A stretch of DNA of 57,099 nt, taken from the NCBI GenBank assembly GCA_023301005.1, contig JALZVK010000162.1:1-57099 (forward strand), in the 5' to 3' direction. The DNA comes from Saprospiraceae bacterium (GTDB taxonomy: Bacteria; Bacteroidota; Bacteroidia; Chitinophagales; Saprospiraceae). This document shows, piece by piece, positions 27,395 through 35,420 of this stretch. Positions within the stretch are counted from its first letter, which is position 1. Every line of letters starts with the position of its first letter. Both the position numbers and the translations under genes were made by a program. The notes under the pieces are model-generated. The model saw only the letters and a list, made by a program, of their open reading frames with translations, was not told where the DNA came from and did not search any database.

Positions 27395-27435
27395 AATACC
27401 TTTTTTATTTAGTAACATTCTTCAACAATTTTATT

Positions 27436-28008
27436 TTGAAAAAAAAAGAAGTCAAAATCAAACGAATATTAGGAGTAGATCCTGGAACTAACTTTCTAGG
27501 CTACGCTGTGATTGAGACTAAAAAAAATAAAATTAGTTTGCTAACCATAGGAGTCGTCTCAATGAAACATCTTCCTTCTCATCAACTGAAGCTCAAAAAA
27601 ATATTTGAAAGATTACAGGAACTTATCAAAACTTACCAACCTGATGAGATGGCGGTCGAAGCTCCTTTTTATGGAAAGAATGTCCAGTCCATGTTGAAGT
27701 TAGGAAGAGCGCAAGGTGTTTCGATTGCAGCAGCAATTACGCTTGGAGTAGAAATCACAGAGTACGCTCCTAAAAAAATAAAACAATCTATAACTGGAAA
27801 TGGAAATGCGTCTAAGGAACAAGTCGCTGCAATGTTAGTCAACATCTTAGATCAAAAATTGGATACGGAATATTTAGATTCAACTGATGCATTGGCGACT
27901 GCCATTTGTCATCATTATCAATCTTCTAGTGTTTTGGGAAATGGGAAAAAATATAGTGGATGGGATAGTTTTATAAAAGATAACCCTGATAGATTGAAAA
28001 AGAAATAA
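27436..28008 (+). CDS. ruvC: Holliday-junction resolvase RuvC
   Basis: KRILGVDPGTNFLGYAVIE, AVEAPFYGKNVQS, LGRAQGV and DSTDALATAICH. Start set at the in-frame TTG at 27436 because the longer ORF (from 27346) runs through palindromic element G. Confidence 0.85.
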   Translation: MKKKEVKIKRILGVDPGTNFLGYAVIETKKNKISLLTIGVVSMKHLPSHQLKLKKIFERLQELIKTYQPDEMAVEAPFYGKNVQSMLKLGRAQGVSIAAAITLGVEITEYAPKKIKQSITGNGNASKEQVAAMLVNILDQKLDTEYLDSTDALATAICHHYQSSSVLGNGKKYSGWDSFIKDNPDRLKKK

Positions 28009-28027
28009 TCTGAATTAACGATTCATT

Positions 28028-28831
28028 TTATTTACCAACAACTTCCATCAACTTCGCCACTCGATCATATTCCACATCATTTTCCCAATGTCCATCTTTT
28101 TTAAAATAAGAACCAATAATAAGAGCGTCAGCGACTCTAAAATATTTTTTTACATTTTTTAAAGTTACACCTGAACCTACCATCACAGGGATATTACATT
28201 TTGATTTTACAGCTTTGACTTCTTTGATGTCGGTTGCCACACCAGTTGAACTTCCTGTAATAATCAATCCATCACTTCTAAAATATTCTGCTGCTTTGGC
28301 AGTTTCCACCAAATCAACATCAGAGGTAACGACATGTGAACTATGTTTCTTTTTGATGTCATTAAAAATCAAAATATCATCCGCCTCTATCATTTTTCGA
28401 TAACGTAATAATTCGCCTGCATCAGAACTCATCCAACCTTCATCCGCAATATGTCCAAAAACAAAACCTTCACCTCTTATGAATTCTAAACCTGCTGCTT
28501 TCGCAATTGCCAATGCCGCTTGATTAGCACCTGCCAAAACTTGAACGCCACAAGGCAAAGGTATTTCTCTTTTAATTTCTCTAGCGATGACACTCATCGC
28601 AGCAGTAATCTCATGACCTACTTCTCTATTGAGATAAGGCGTATCATGCATATTTTCAATCATTAATCCATCAACACCTGCCAAATGATAAATAGCTGCA
28701 TCAGTCAACGCCTTTTCAATAATCTCATTGATTTCATATTGACTTGCAGGCGTTCCGGGTAACGCTTGCAAATGAATCATCCCGATTATTGAATATTTTT
28801 CAGGGAAAATATTTTTAAAGTGTGTATTCAT
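28028..28831 (-). CDS. BtpA/SgcQ-family TIM-barrel protein
   Basis: IIGMIHLQALPGTPAS start typical of the BtpA family, plus ENMHDTPY and a GSGV segment near the C-terminus. ATG at 28831 chosen; the longer ORF extends to 28894, up to the edge of element H (28905). Confidence 0.7.
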   Translation of the reverse strand: MNTHFKNIFPEKYSIIGMIHLQALPGTPASQYEINEIIEKALTDAAIYHLAGVDGLMIENMHDTPYLNREVGHEITAAMSVIAREIKREIPLPCGVQVLAGANQAALAIAKAAGLEFIRGEGFVFGHIADEGWMSSDAGELLRYRKMIEADDILIFNDIKKKHSSHVVTSDVDLVETAKAAEYFRSDGLIITGSSTGVATDIKEVKAVKSKCNIPVMVGSGVTLKNVKKYFRVADALIIGSYFKKDGHWENDVEYDRVAKLMEVVGK

Positions 28832-28904
28832 TCTTTTAGAAGTTAGGAATGTTTTTATTTTTACGACATGTCTTTGATTCTTTATAGATTGCAAATCTAC
28901 ATAA

Positions 28905-29068
28905 TTAAGTACTTGGAGATAAATATATTGATAATTATGACGAGTGAATTTTTTTGATAGTTTTTCTTAAAAAATCATTGCATAGCCTCGCTACGGAATT
29001 ATTTTTTAAGGAAAAATAGCGAAAAATCCGCCGTCATAATATCAATATATTTGTGTCCAAGTACTTAA
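28905..29068. repeat. Palindromic element H
   Basis: 38-bp arms TTAAGTACTTGGAGATAAATATATTGATAATTATGACG (28905-28942) and CGTCATAATATCAATATATTTGTGTCCAAGTACTTAA (29031-29068). Inner boxes are TTTTTTTGATAGTTTTTCTTAAAAA (28949-28973) and TTTTTAAGGAAAAATAGCGAA (29003-29023). Confidence 0.85.
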
Positions 29069-29085
29069 CTAAAATATTTTTCTAC

Positions 29086-30009
29086 ATGCTAAATCATTAC
29101 TTAAAAATAACGCCCGAAGTTAGCGAAGCACTTTCCAAAGGACAACCTGTGGTAGCATTGGAAAGTACTATCATAGCTCATGGAATGCCTTATCCTAAAA
29201 ATGTAGAAACTGCTTTAGCAGTCGAAAGTTTAGTTAGAAAAAATGGCGCAACTCCTGCTACTATCGCTATCATTGATGGACAATTATGTGCGGGACTTTC
29301 TGAAAAAGAAATTCGTCATATCGGAAAGCTAGGAAAAAAAGTAGCGAAGGTAAGTCGGAGAGATATTCCATTTATGATTTCAAAAAAAATAACTGGAGCA
29401 ACGACAGTTGCTTCTACGATGATAATTGCGGAGATGGCTGGTATTTCTATTTTTGCAACGGGAGGAATCGGAGGTGTGCATCGAGGTGCGGAATCTTCGA
29501 TGGATGTTTCGGCGGATTTGCAAGAATTAGCTCATACTAATGTAGCAGTTGTTAGTGCTGGTGCGAAGGCTATTTTGGATTTAAAATTAACTTTGGAATA
29601 TCTCGAAACTTTTGGAGTTCCTGTAGTTGGTTATAAAACAGATGAGTTCCCCGCCTTCTATACTCGACAAAGTGGACTCAATGTAGATTACCGTGTGGAT
29701 AATGTTACAGAGTTGGCAGAAGCACTTTTTACGAAATGGGATTTAGGATTAAAAGGTGGTGTTTTAATTGCTAATCCAATTTTGAAAAAAGACCAAATGA
29801 AATTCAATTCTATTTCAGAAGCGATTGAAAAGGCGATTCAAAAAGCAGAACAAAAAGGTATTAAAGGAAAAGCAATCACTCCTTTCTTATTAGGAGAAAT
29901 AGTTAAAATCACAAAAGGAAAAAGTTTAGATGCGAATATTCAGTTAGTTTATAATAATGCGAAACTAGCTGCAAAATTAGCAGTTGCACTTTCTAAGAAA
30001 AATATATAA
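29086..30009 (+). CDS. psuG: Pseudouridine-5-prime-phosphate glycosidase
   Basis: PVVALESTIIAHGMPYPKN, GATTVASTMIIA and FATGGIGGVHRG blocks. ATG at 29086 chosen because the GTG at 29053 lies inside element H. Confidence 0.85.
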   Translation: MLNHYLKITPEVSEALSKGQPVVALESTIIAHGMPYPKNVETALAVESLVRKNGATPATIAIIDGQLCAGLSEKEIRHIGKLGKKVAKVSRRDIPFMISKKITGATTVASTMIIAEMAGISIFATGGIGGVHRGAESSMDVSADLQELAHTNVAVVSAGAKAILDLKLTLEYLETFGVPVVGYKTDEFPAFYTRQSGLNVDYRVDNVTELAEALFTKWDLGLKGGVLIANPILKKDQMKFNSISEAIEKAIQKAEQKGIKGKAITPFLLGEIVKITKGKSLDANIQLVYNNAKLAAKLAVALSKKNI

Positions 30010-30011
30010 CA

Positions 30012-30398
30012 ATGAAATTACATCTTTTAATATTCTCTTTATTATTTCTATCAAGTTGTAGTTTCTTTTCTCAAAAAGATCCAGTCAAAGAAAAAGCTAC
30101 TGCACTTTTTGAAAAAATAACTACTCAAAAAAATGAATTAAAACCTAGAATCGAAGCACTTGCTGAACATAAAGCTGCTACTAATTCAGATGTACCTAAT
30201 ATTGAAAGTGAAGTAATTTCAGTAGGGAATACAGTTAATGATGTTTATAAATTTTGGATGACAGCTTATGAAAAATATAAGAAACAGGAAGTTTATATGA
30301 ATTATGATTTGCAAGTCATCAGACTCGAAGCTTTAGAAAAAACTTTAAATAAAATAAATGATATGGTTGAAGAAGGAGAAAAAATGACAAAAGAATAG
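30012..30398 (+). CDS. Hypothetical lipoprotein
   Basis: Lipobox LFLSSCS, helical and charged. The start is 2 nt after the psuG stop. Confidence 0.55.
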   Translation: MKLHLLIFSLLFLSSCSFFSQKDPVKEKATALFEKITTQKNELKPRIEALAEHKAATNSDVPNIESEVISVGNTVNDVYKFWMTAYEKYKKQEVYMNYDLQVIRLEALEKTLNKINDMVEEGEKMTKE

Positions 30399-30477
30399 TT
30401 TGTCTACAATTCATTAATCCTTTTTCAATTAAAATCGTTGTACATTTCGATATCGTTTAATAACTAAAAATAATATC

Positions 30478-31701
30478 ATGCGATCACAAAAAATAACATT
30501 CGAAAATTCTAATGGTTATACACTTTCAGCTCGATTAGAATTTCCACCTGACAGTCATCCTTATGCCTTTGCTATTTTTGCACATGTCTTTACGGGTAAT
30601 AAAAATTTATCCGCTACTCGTCATATTAGTCGAGCGTTAACACAACATGGTATTGGTGTTTTGCGATTTGACTTTACAGGTCTTGGGGAAAGTGAAGGTG
30701 ATTTTGCAGATACTAATTTCTCTTCTAATGTTGAGGATTTATTAGCGGCGGCTAGTTATTTGGAAACAAATTATGAAGCACCTCGAATTTTAATTGGACA
30801 TTCGTTGGGTGGTGCGGCTGTAATTTTTGCAGCTTCTCAAATTGATTCTATTCAAGCGATTGCTACGATAGGTGCGCCTTCTGAACCTGAGCATGTTGCT
30901 CATCTTTTAGAGGATAAATTAGAAGATATTGAAGAAAAAGGAATTGCCAATGTTTCTATAGGCGGAAGAAGTTTCACTATCAAAAAACAATTCCTTGATG
31001 ACTTACGAAGCAAGGATATGTTTTCTATTTTAAAGAACTTAAAAAAACCAATCTTGGTTTTACACTCTCCTCAGGATTCAGTTGTTGAAATTGATAATGC
31101 TGCAAAAATTTATCAAGCTGCTTTTCATCCTAAGAGTTTTGTCTCTCTTGATGGCGCAGACCACATGCTTACTAAAAAAATAGATTCGTCGTATGCAGGG
31201 AATTTAGTCGCTTCGTGGATGACTCGATATGTTGCTCCTCCTAAAAAAGAAAAATTATCAACTGATGCACAAGTTGCAGTTCGATTGGGAGACATTGGTT
31301 TTACAACTGAAATACAAGCAGGGGCGCATGGATTAATTGCCGATGAAAATGAAGAGGTAGGTGGTGATGATTTTGGACCTTCTCCTTATCAATATCTTTC
31401 TTCTGCATTGGGTGCATGTACGGCGATGACTTTACAAATGTATGCTCGAAGAAAAAAATGGGATTTGAAAGAAGTGAAAGTTCATATCGATCATGGAAGA
31501 AAATATGTTGATGATTGTATGGCTTGTATAGAGGAAAGTAAGGGAATGAAAATCGATCATTTTGAAAGAGTAATTGAGTTGGAAGGAGATTTAACTGATG
31601 AACAAATTACTCGACTTTTAGAAGTTGCAGATAAATGTCCTGTGCATCGTAGCTTGAATAAAGAGGTTAGAATTAAAACAACTTTAAAAGCATTAGTTTA
31701 A
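30478..31701 (+). CDS. Alpha/beta hydrolase fused to an OsmC/Ohr-family domain
   Basis: N-terminal half has GHSLGG nucleophile elbow. The C-terminal ~140 aa is OsmC-like (GPSPYQYLSSALGACTAMT .. DKCPVHRSL). Confidence 0.8.
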   Translation: MRSQKITFENSNGYTLSARLEFPPDSHPYAFAIFAHVFTGNKNLSATRHISRALTQHGIGVLRFDFTGLGESEGDFADTNFSSNVEDLLAAASYLETNYEAPRILIGHSLGGAAVIFAASQIDSIQAIATIGAPSEPEHVAHLLEDKLEDIEEKGIANVSIGGRSFTIKKQFLDDLRSKDMFSILKNLKKPILVLHSPQDSVVEIDNAAKIYQAAFHPKSFVSLDGADHMLTKKIDSSYAGNLVASWMTRYVAPPKKEKLSTDAQVAVRLGDIGFTTEIQAGAHGLIADENEEVGGDDFGPSPYQYLSSALGACTAMTLQMYARRKKWDLKEVKVHIDHGRKYVDDCMACIEESKGMKIDHFERVIELEGDLTDEQITRLLEVADKCPVHRSLNKEVRIKTTLKALV

Positions 31702-31723
31702 GTAGTTAGACAAAAGAAATATC

Positions 31724-31969
31724 ATGAAAGAAAAATATATTCCTATCAATTGTGATTTTTATGATGAAATCGAAATCTTGGCTATGCGTAGAACGAAGTG
31801 CAAAATAGTATATCAAAATAAAGAAAACGAAGTGCAAACTATCGAAGGTATCATCAATGATGTCTATGCAAAAAATAAAGAGGAATTTTTAATTGTAAAT
31901 AAAGAATTGAAAATTCGATTGGATCAATTGATTTCTATTGATGATAAAATGGTGCCTAAGGCTTGTTAA
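31724..31969 (+). CDS. Rof-like (Rho-binding antiterminator family) small protein
   Basis: 81 aa. YIPINCDFYDEIEILA and a later LKIRLDQLISI block parallel E. coli Rof (YQPINCDDYDNLELA .. LRLDKITSF). Confidence 0.65.
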   Translation: MKEKYIPINCDFYDEIEILAMRRTKCKIVYQNKENEVQTIEGIINDVYAKNKEEFLIVNKELKIRLDQLISIDDKMVPKAC

Positions 31970-32007
31970 ATTTTTTGTCCTAAAATTAAAACACGTTAAT
32001 GATACTC

Positions 32008-32063
32008 GACCTTTATTTTTCAATCTACCTGTCGGCAGACAGGTAGATTGAAAAATAAAGGTC
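32008..32063. terminator. Very long perfect hairpin (26-bp stem) between convergent genes; bidirectional terminator candidate
   Basis: GACCTTTATTTTTCAATCTACCTGTC-GGCA-GACAGGTAGATTGAAAAATAAAGGTC. Confidence 0.8.
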
Positions 32064-32108
32064 AAATGTTAGTACTGAATAGTTACAAATAAATTTTATA
32101 ATTCAACA

Positions 32109-35100
32109 CTAATCATCCAATTCCTCCACCTCCAAATCCCTCAAAGAATCCTGCACAACATTCCGCTTCGTAAACTCACACCACGGACAATTCTTCTCTC
32201 CACAACCTTCATAGAAATCATGATTCATAATCTTTTCATAAGAAGATTTAATGAAGCCTTTAACGATGTTTACATCTTCGGGAGTGAAATGTAATTCTTT
32301 TGTTATAAACTCTCCACGACTATTCGGATCGAGGTAAGAAATCTCAGCCGAGCCAACATACTGCGCACTCTTTTTTTGAAATTCTTCAAAAAGTATTTTA
32401 TAAAAAATCAACTGTCGCCAATAATTTCCACCCTCAGGTTTTGAAGAAGTAGGCGGGCGCATTTTGGAATCATTATGACTTCCCGTTTTATAATCCACGA
32501 CATGAATAATATTATTTGGATGAAAATCTAATCGGTCAATAATTCCATTTAGAGGAACGCCATCCATCTCAATATTACGAACTTGAAATTCAGTACGTAC
32601 TTCTTTTTTCCAAGATGATTTATGATGCTTATAATAGTTGGTCAAATTCTCTTTCCCCATTTCCATTCGTCGAGCAAATTCTTTTTTTGTAAAATAACCT
32701 TGCTGTCTTTTCATTTCCTCTTCAAAAAAATTGATACATAATTCAACAGAAGGAAAAGCTTTTGTTTTTGAATAATACATTTTATCAAAAACCTTTTGCA
32801 ACGCGTAATGCATTGCAGTTCCATAAGCAGCAGCGTCAGACGAAGTCGTCGGAATCCTTAAAATATTTTCATAATAAAAACTCAACGGACATCTGATAAA
32901 TTGATTCAGACTCGAAATGCTCATCGTAAATGTAGACAACAATTCATTGATTCGAGCTTTGTCAGCAGAAGGAACTTTAGGAATTTCCGTTTCGCTAAGA
33001 ATCAAAATTTGAGCATCCAAAAGACTTGTTTTCGAAATTTCTTTCGCCTCAACTTCCATCCGTGAATGTGTTGTTATTTCATCAATAAAAGCAGTATGCT
33101 GAATCGCTTTTCCCTTCTGGTCTTTTTGACTAAATGAAATATGCAATTGCTCCTTAGCCCTTGTCATTGCTACATAAAAGAGTCTTCGCTTCGCTTCCAA
33201 TGCATCTTCTTCCCCTGAAAACGTCAACGTATCAGGCAAAGGAAAACGATAAGAACTACTGCTATTAGTTGGCTCCCAATTATCCTTAATTGCATCTATG
33301 ATAAATACTTTTTCAAACTCTAAACCTTTGGAACTATGCGCAGTCATCAAGTTGACTCCATCATCAGTTACGACATTTTTATTCACTCCAATCGACAAGC
33401 GATTGGCATCCATATTTTTTAAAATATCTAGAAGTCGTTGCAACGTGATTCGAGGATTTCTATCTGTTTCGTTTTTTGCAAAATCCAAAAAAGTAGAAAG
33501 TAATTGCACTTGCCATTCCTTATCAGGTTGATTTAAAATATGTTGGAGCAAACCACTTCGGTTGACAATTTTCTCTATCAAAGCTAGCAAAGTGATGTTG
33601 CCATAATTTTTAATCAATTGATTTAATAATTTAGCGAAAGCTAAAACAGACGAAGTGTTTTCTAAATCTAGTCGATAGATTTTTTGGGTGTCTCCAATCA
33701 AATCTCTCCATAAAGGTTTCTTCTCTTGCTTCGCGATATAGAAACTTATTTTTGCTAAATCCTCCGACGGAATATTTAAAAAATCAAAGTGCATGATTTT
33801 AAATAATAAATATTCTCCGCTATAAGGTTGCGTATATTCATGTGAAATATATTCGAGCAATAACCGCAAATTTTGAATCATCGGTTGCTCCAAAATATTC
33901 ACGCTTCTACGAGTGTTATATGGAATCTCTTTTTTCTCTAAAAGCGAAATGATATTACGAGCTTGTTTATGTTTTGCATAAATGATAGCGACTTCGTTAA
34001 GTGGAAAACCATCTTTTTGTAACTGCTCCAATTGAGCAACAATGTCTGCATCTTCATGCGCTCGATTTGGGTAAGAGATAATACTTGGAAGTATTTTACT
34101 TTTTGCAAAAGCTTTGTTTTTTGCTTTTAGATTTTTTTCTAAACCATCCAAAACAGTAACTGCTCGCCGCTCATTATTATCAATCAATGCTTTGGAACTA
34201 TCCAATATTTTTTGAGAGGAACGATAGTTTTCTTCGAGCATAACTAGAGTCAACTCCCCTTGAAAGTTATCATGAAAGTCTAACAAGTTTTTCAACCTTG
34301 CCCCTTGGAATTCAAAAATAGATTGGTCGTCATCACCTACGATAAATACATTTGGATTATCCCAATATTCAATCAGTTGATGTAGAATTGAATTTTGCGA
34401 ACCATTCGTATCTTGATATTCATCCACTAAAAAATAAAGATATTGCTCTTGGTAATTTCTAAGCAAAGCTTCATTGCGTTCAAACTCTCGCAACACCCAA
34501 AGTATCATATCTGCAAAATCATACCGCCGAGCTTTGAACATCGCTTGGTTGTATTTTGGAAAAAGTTGAGCAGCCGCAAGGAGGCGTTCCATACGTTCTG
34601 TTTGCGCTTCTATTTTTGCAGTTTTTAAATCTCCTTTTACAGCAGTCTTTGTTTTTCTTTGATAAATATATTCAGGGCGAGTCGGAATATCTGCGAGATA
34701 TTCTGAGATGTTTTTTTCTACAAATTCTACCGTCCAATTTTCCGATTTCATTCTTTGAAATAAATCATACAATTGACTTTCATAAAAATATCTATCTCGT
34801 TTTCCTCGCTTCAATAAATGACTTTGAGGTAAGTCGTCAATGATTTTTCTAACAATCTCCACACGTTCTAATTCGCTTAAAGGCTCCAAGTCATGTCTGC
34901 CAAAAAGCTCCATTCGTTCCTTAATAATTTTATTACAAAAAGAATGAAAAGTGAAAATATGAACACGGTGGGCTTCAGGTCCAATCATCTCCAACAAGCG
35001 TTCCCGCATCGCATGAACTCCTGCATCCGTAAAAGTAAGGCAAAGGATATTATGAGGTTGCGTATCAGTATCTAACAAGATACGCCCGATTCGAGAAGTC

Positions 35101-35252
35101 AAGATATGAGTCTTACCTGTACCCGGCCCTGCAATAACGAGGACAGGACCTTCTATCTGTTCGACTGCTATTTTTTGAGCAGCGTTTAGCTTTTTTATTT
35201 CTTTTGTAAAAGCTTTGTTATAATCTTTTAATCCTTGCTGTTTTTTTGCCAT
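32109..35252 (-). CDS. UvrD/PcrA-type helicase fused to a Cas4/AddB-like Fe-S PD-(D/E)xK nuclease
   Basis: 1047 aa with Walker A AGPGTGKTH, helicase motifs DEYQDTN and VMTAHSSKGLEFE-like LMTAHSSKGLEFEKVF. The C-terminal nuclease has GIIDRLD .. VVDYKTG and four Cys (FIRCP .. CGEKNCPWC). Confidence 0.88.
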   Translation of the reverse strand: MAKKQQGLKDYNKAFTKEIKKLNAAQKIAVEQIEGPVLVIAGPGTGKTHILTSRIGRILLDTDTQPHNILCLTFTDAGVHAMRERLLEMIGPEAHRVHIFTFHSFCNKIIKERMELFGRHDLEPLSELERVEIVRKIIDDLPQSHLLKRGKRDRYFYESQLYDLFQRMKSENWTVEFVEKNISEYLADIPTRPEYIYQRKTKTAVKGDLKTAKIEAQTERMERLLAAAQLFPKYNQAMFKARRYDFADMILWVLREFERNEALLRNYQEQYLYFLVDEYQDTNGSQNSILHQLIEYWDNPNVFIVGDDDQSIFEFQGARLKNLLDFHDNFQGELTLVMLEENYRSSQKILDSSKALIDNNERRAVTVLDGLEKNLKAKNKAFAKSKILPSIISYPNRAHEDADIVAQLEQLQKDGFPLNEVAIIYAKHKQARNIISLLEKKEIPYNTRRSVNILEQPMIQNLRLLLEYISHEYTQPYSGEYLLFKIMHFDFLNIPSEDLAKISFYIAKQEKKPLWRDLIGDTQKIYRLDLENTSSVLAFAKLLNQLIKNYGNITLLALIEKIVNRSGLLQHILNQPDKEWQVQLLSTFLDFAKNETDRNPRITLQRLLDILKNMDANRLSIGVNKNVVTDDGVNLMTAHSSKGLEFEKVFIIDAIKDNWEPTNSSSSYRFPLPDTLTFSGEEDALEAKRRLFYVAMTRAKEQLHISFSQKDQKGKAIQHTAFIDEITTHSRMEVEAKEISKTSLLDAQILILSETEIPKVPSADKARINELLSTFTMSISSLNQFIRCPLSFYYENILRIPTTSSDAAAYGTAMHYALQKVFDKMYYSKTKAFPSVELCINFFEEEMKRQQGYFTKKEFARRMEMGKENLTNYYKHHKSSWKKEVRTEFQVRNIEMDGVPLNGIIDRLDFHPNNIIHVVDYKTGSHNDSKMRPPTSSKPEGGNYWRQLIFYKILFEEFQKKSAQYVGSAEISYLDPNSRGEFITKELHFTPEDVNIVKGFIKSSYEKIMNHDFYEGCGEKNCPWCEFTKRNVVQDSLRDLEVEELDD

Positions 35253-35299
35253 GCTGTTTTTTGAAAACCCTAGTTTTAGGTTTTGTACTCGAACTTAAA

Positions 35300-35399
35300 T
35301 TTTAACACATAGGCACATAGAACACATAGTCTTTTTAATTTTTTTTCGAAAAATATTTTAAAACAAAACCTATGTGATCTATGTGCCTATGTGTTAAAA
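35300..35399. repeat. Palindromic element I
   Basis: 30-bp arms TTTTAACACATAGGCACATAGAACACATAG (35300-35329) and CTATGTGATCTATGTGCCTATGTGTTAAAA (35370-35399), with 1 mismatch. Confidence 0.85.
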
Positions 35400-35420
35400 A
35401 AATAATCTATGTTTATCTTT

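Noticed and set aside
27346-27435. Long N-terminal extension of ruvC (start at 27346). Similar extensions exist for the BtpA-family gene (to 28894), psuG (29053), GT9 (37888), the BNR gene (46751) and the giant gene (46975).
   Set aside because: The extensions run through palindromic elements or overlap divergent genes. They also precede obvious native N-termini (conserved RuvC start, signal peptides, GT9 MKILII start), so internal starts were used instead.
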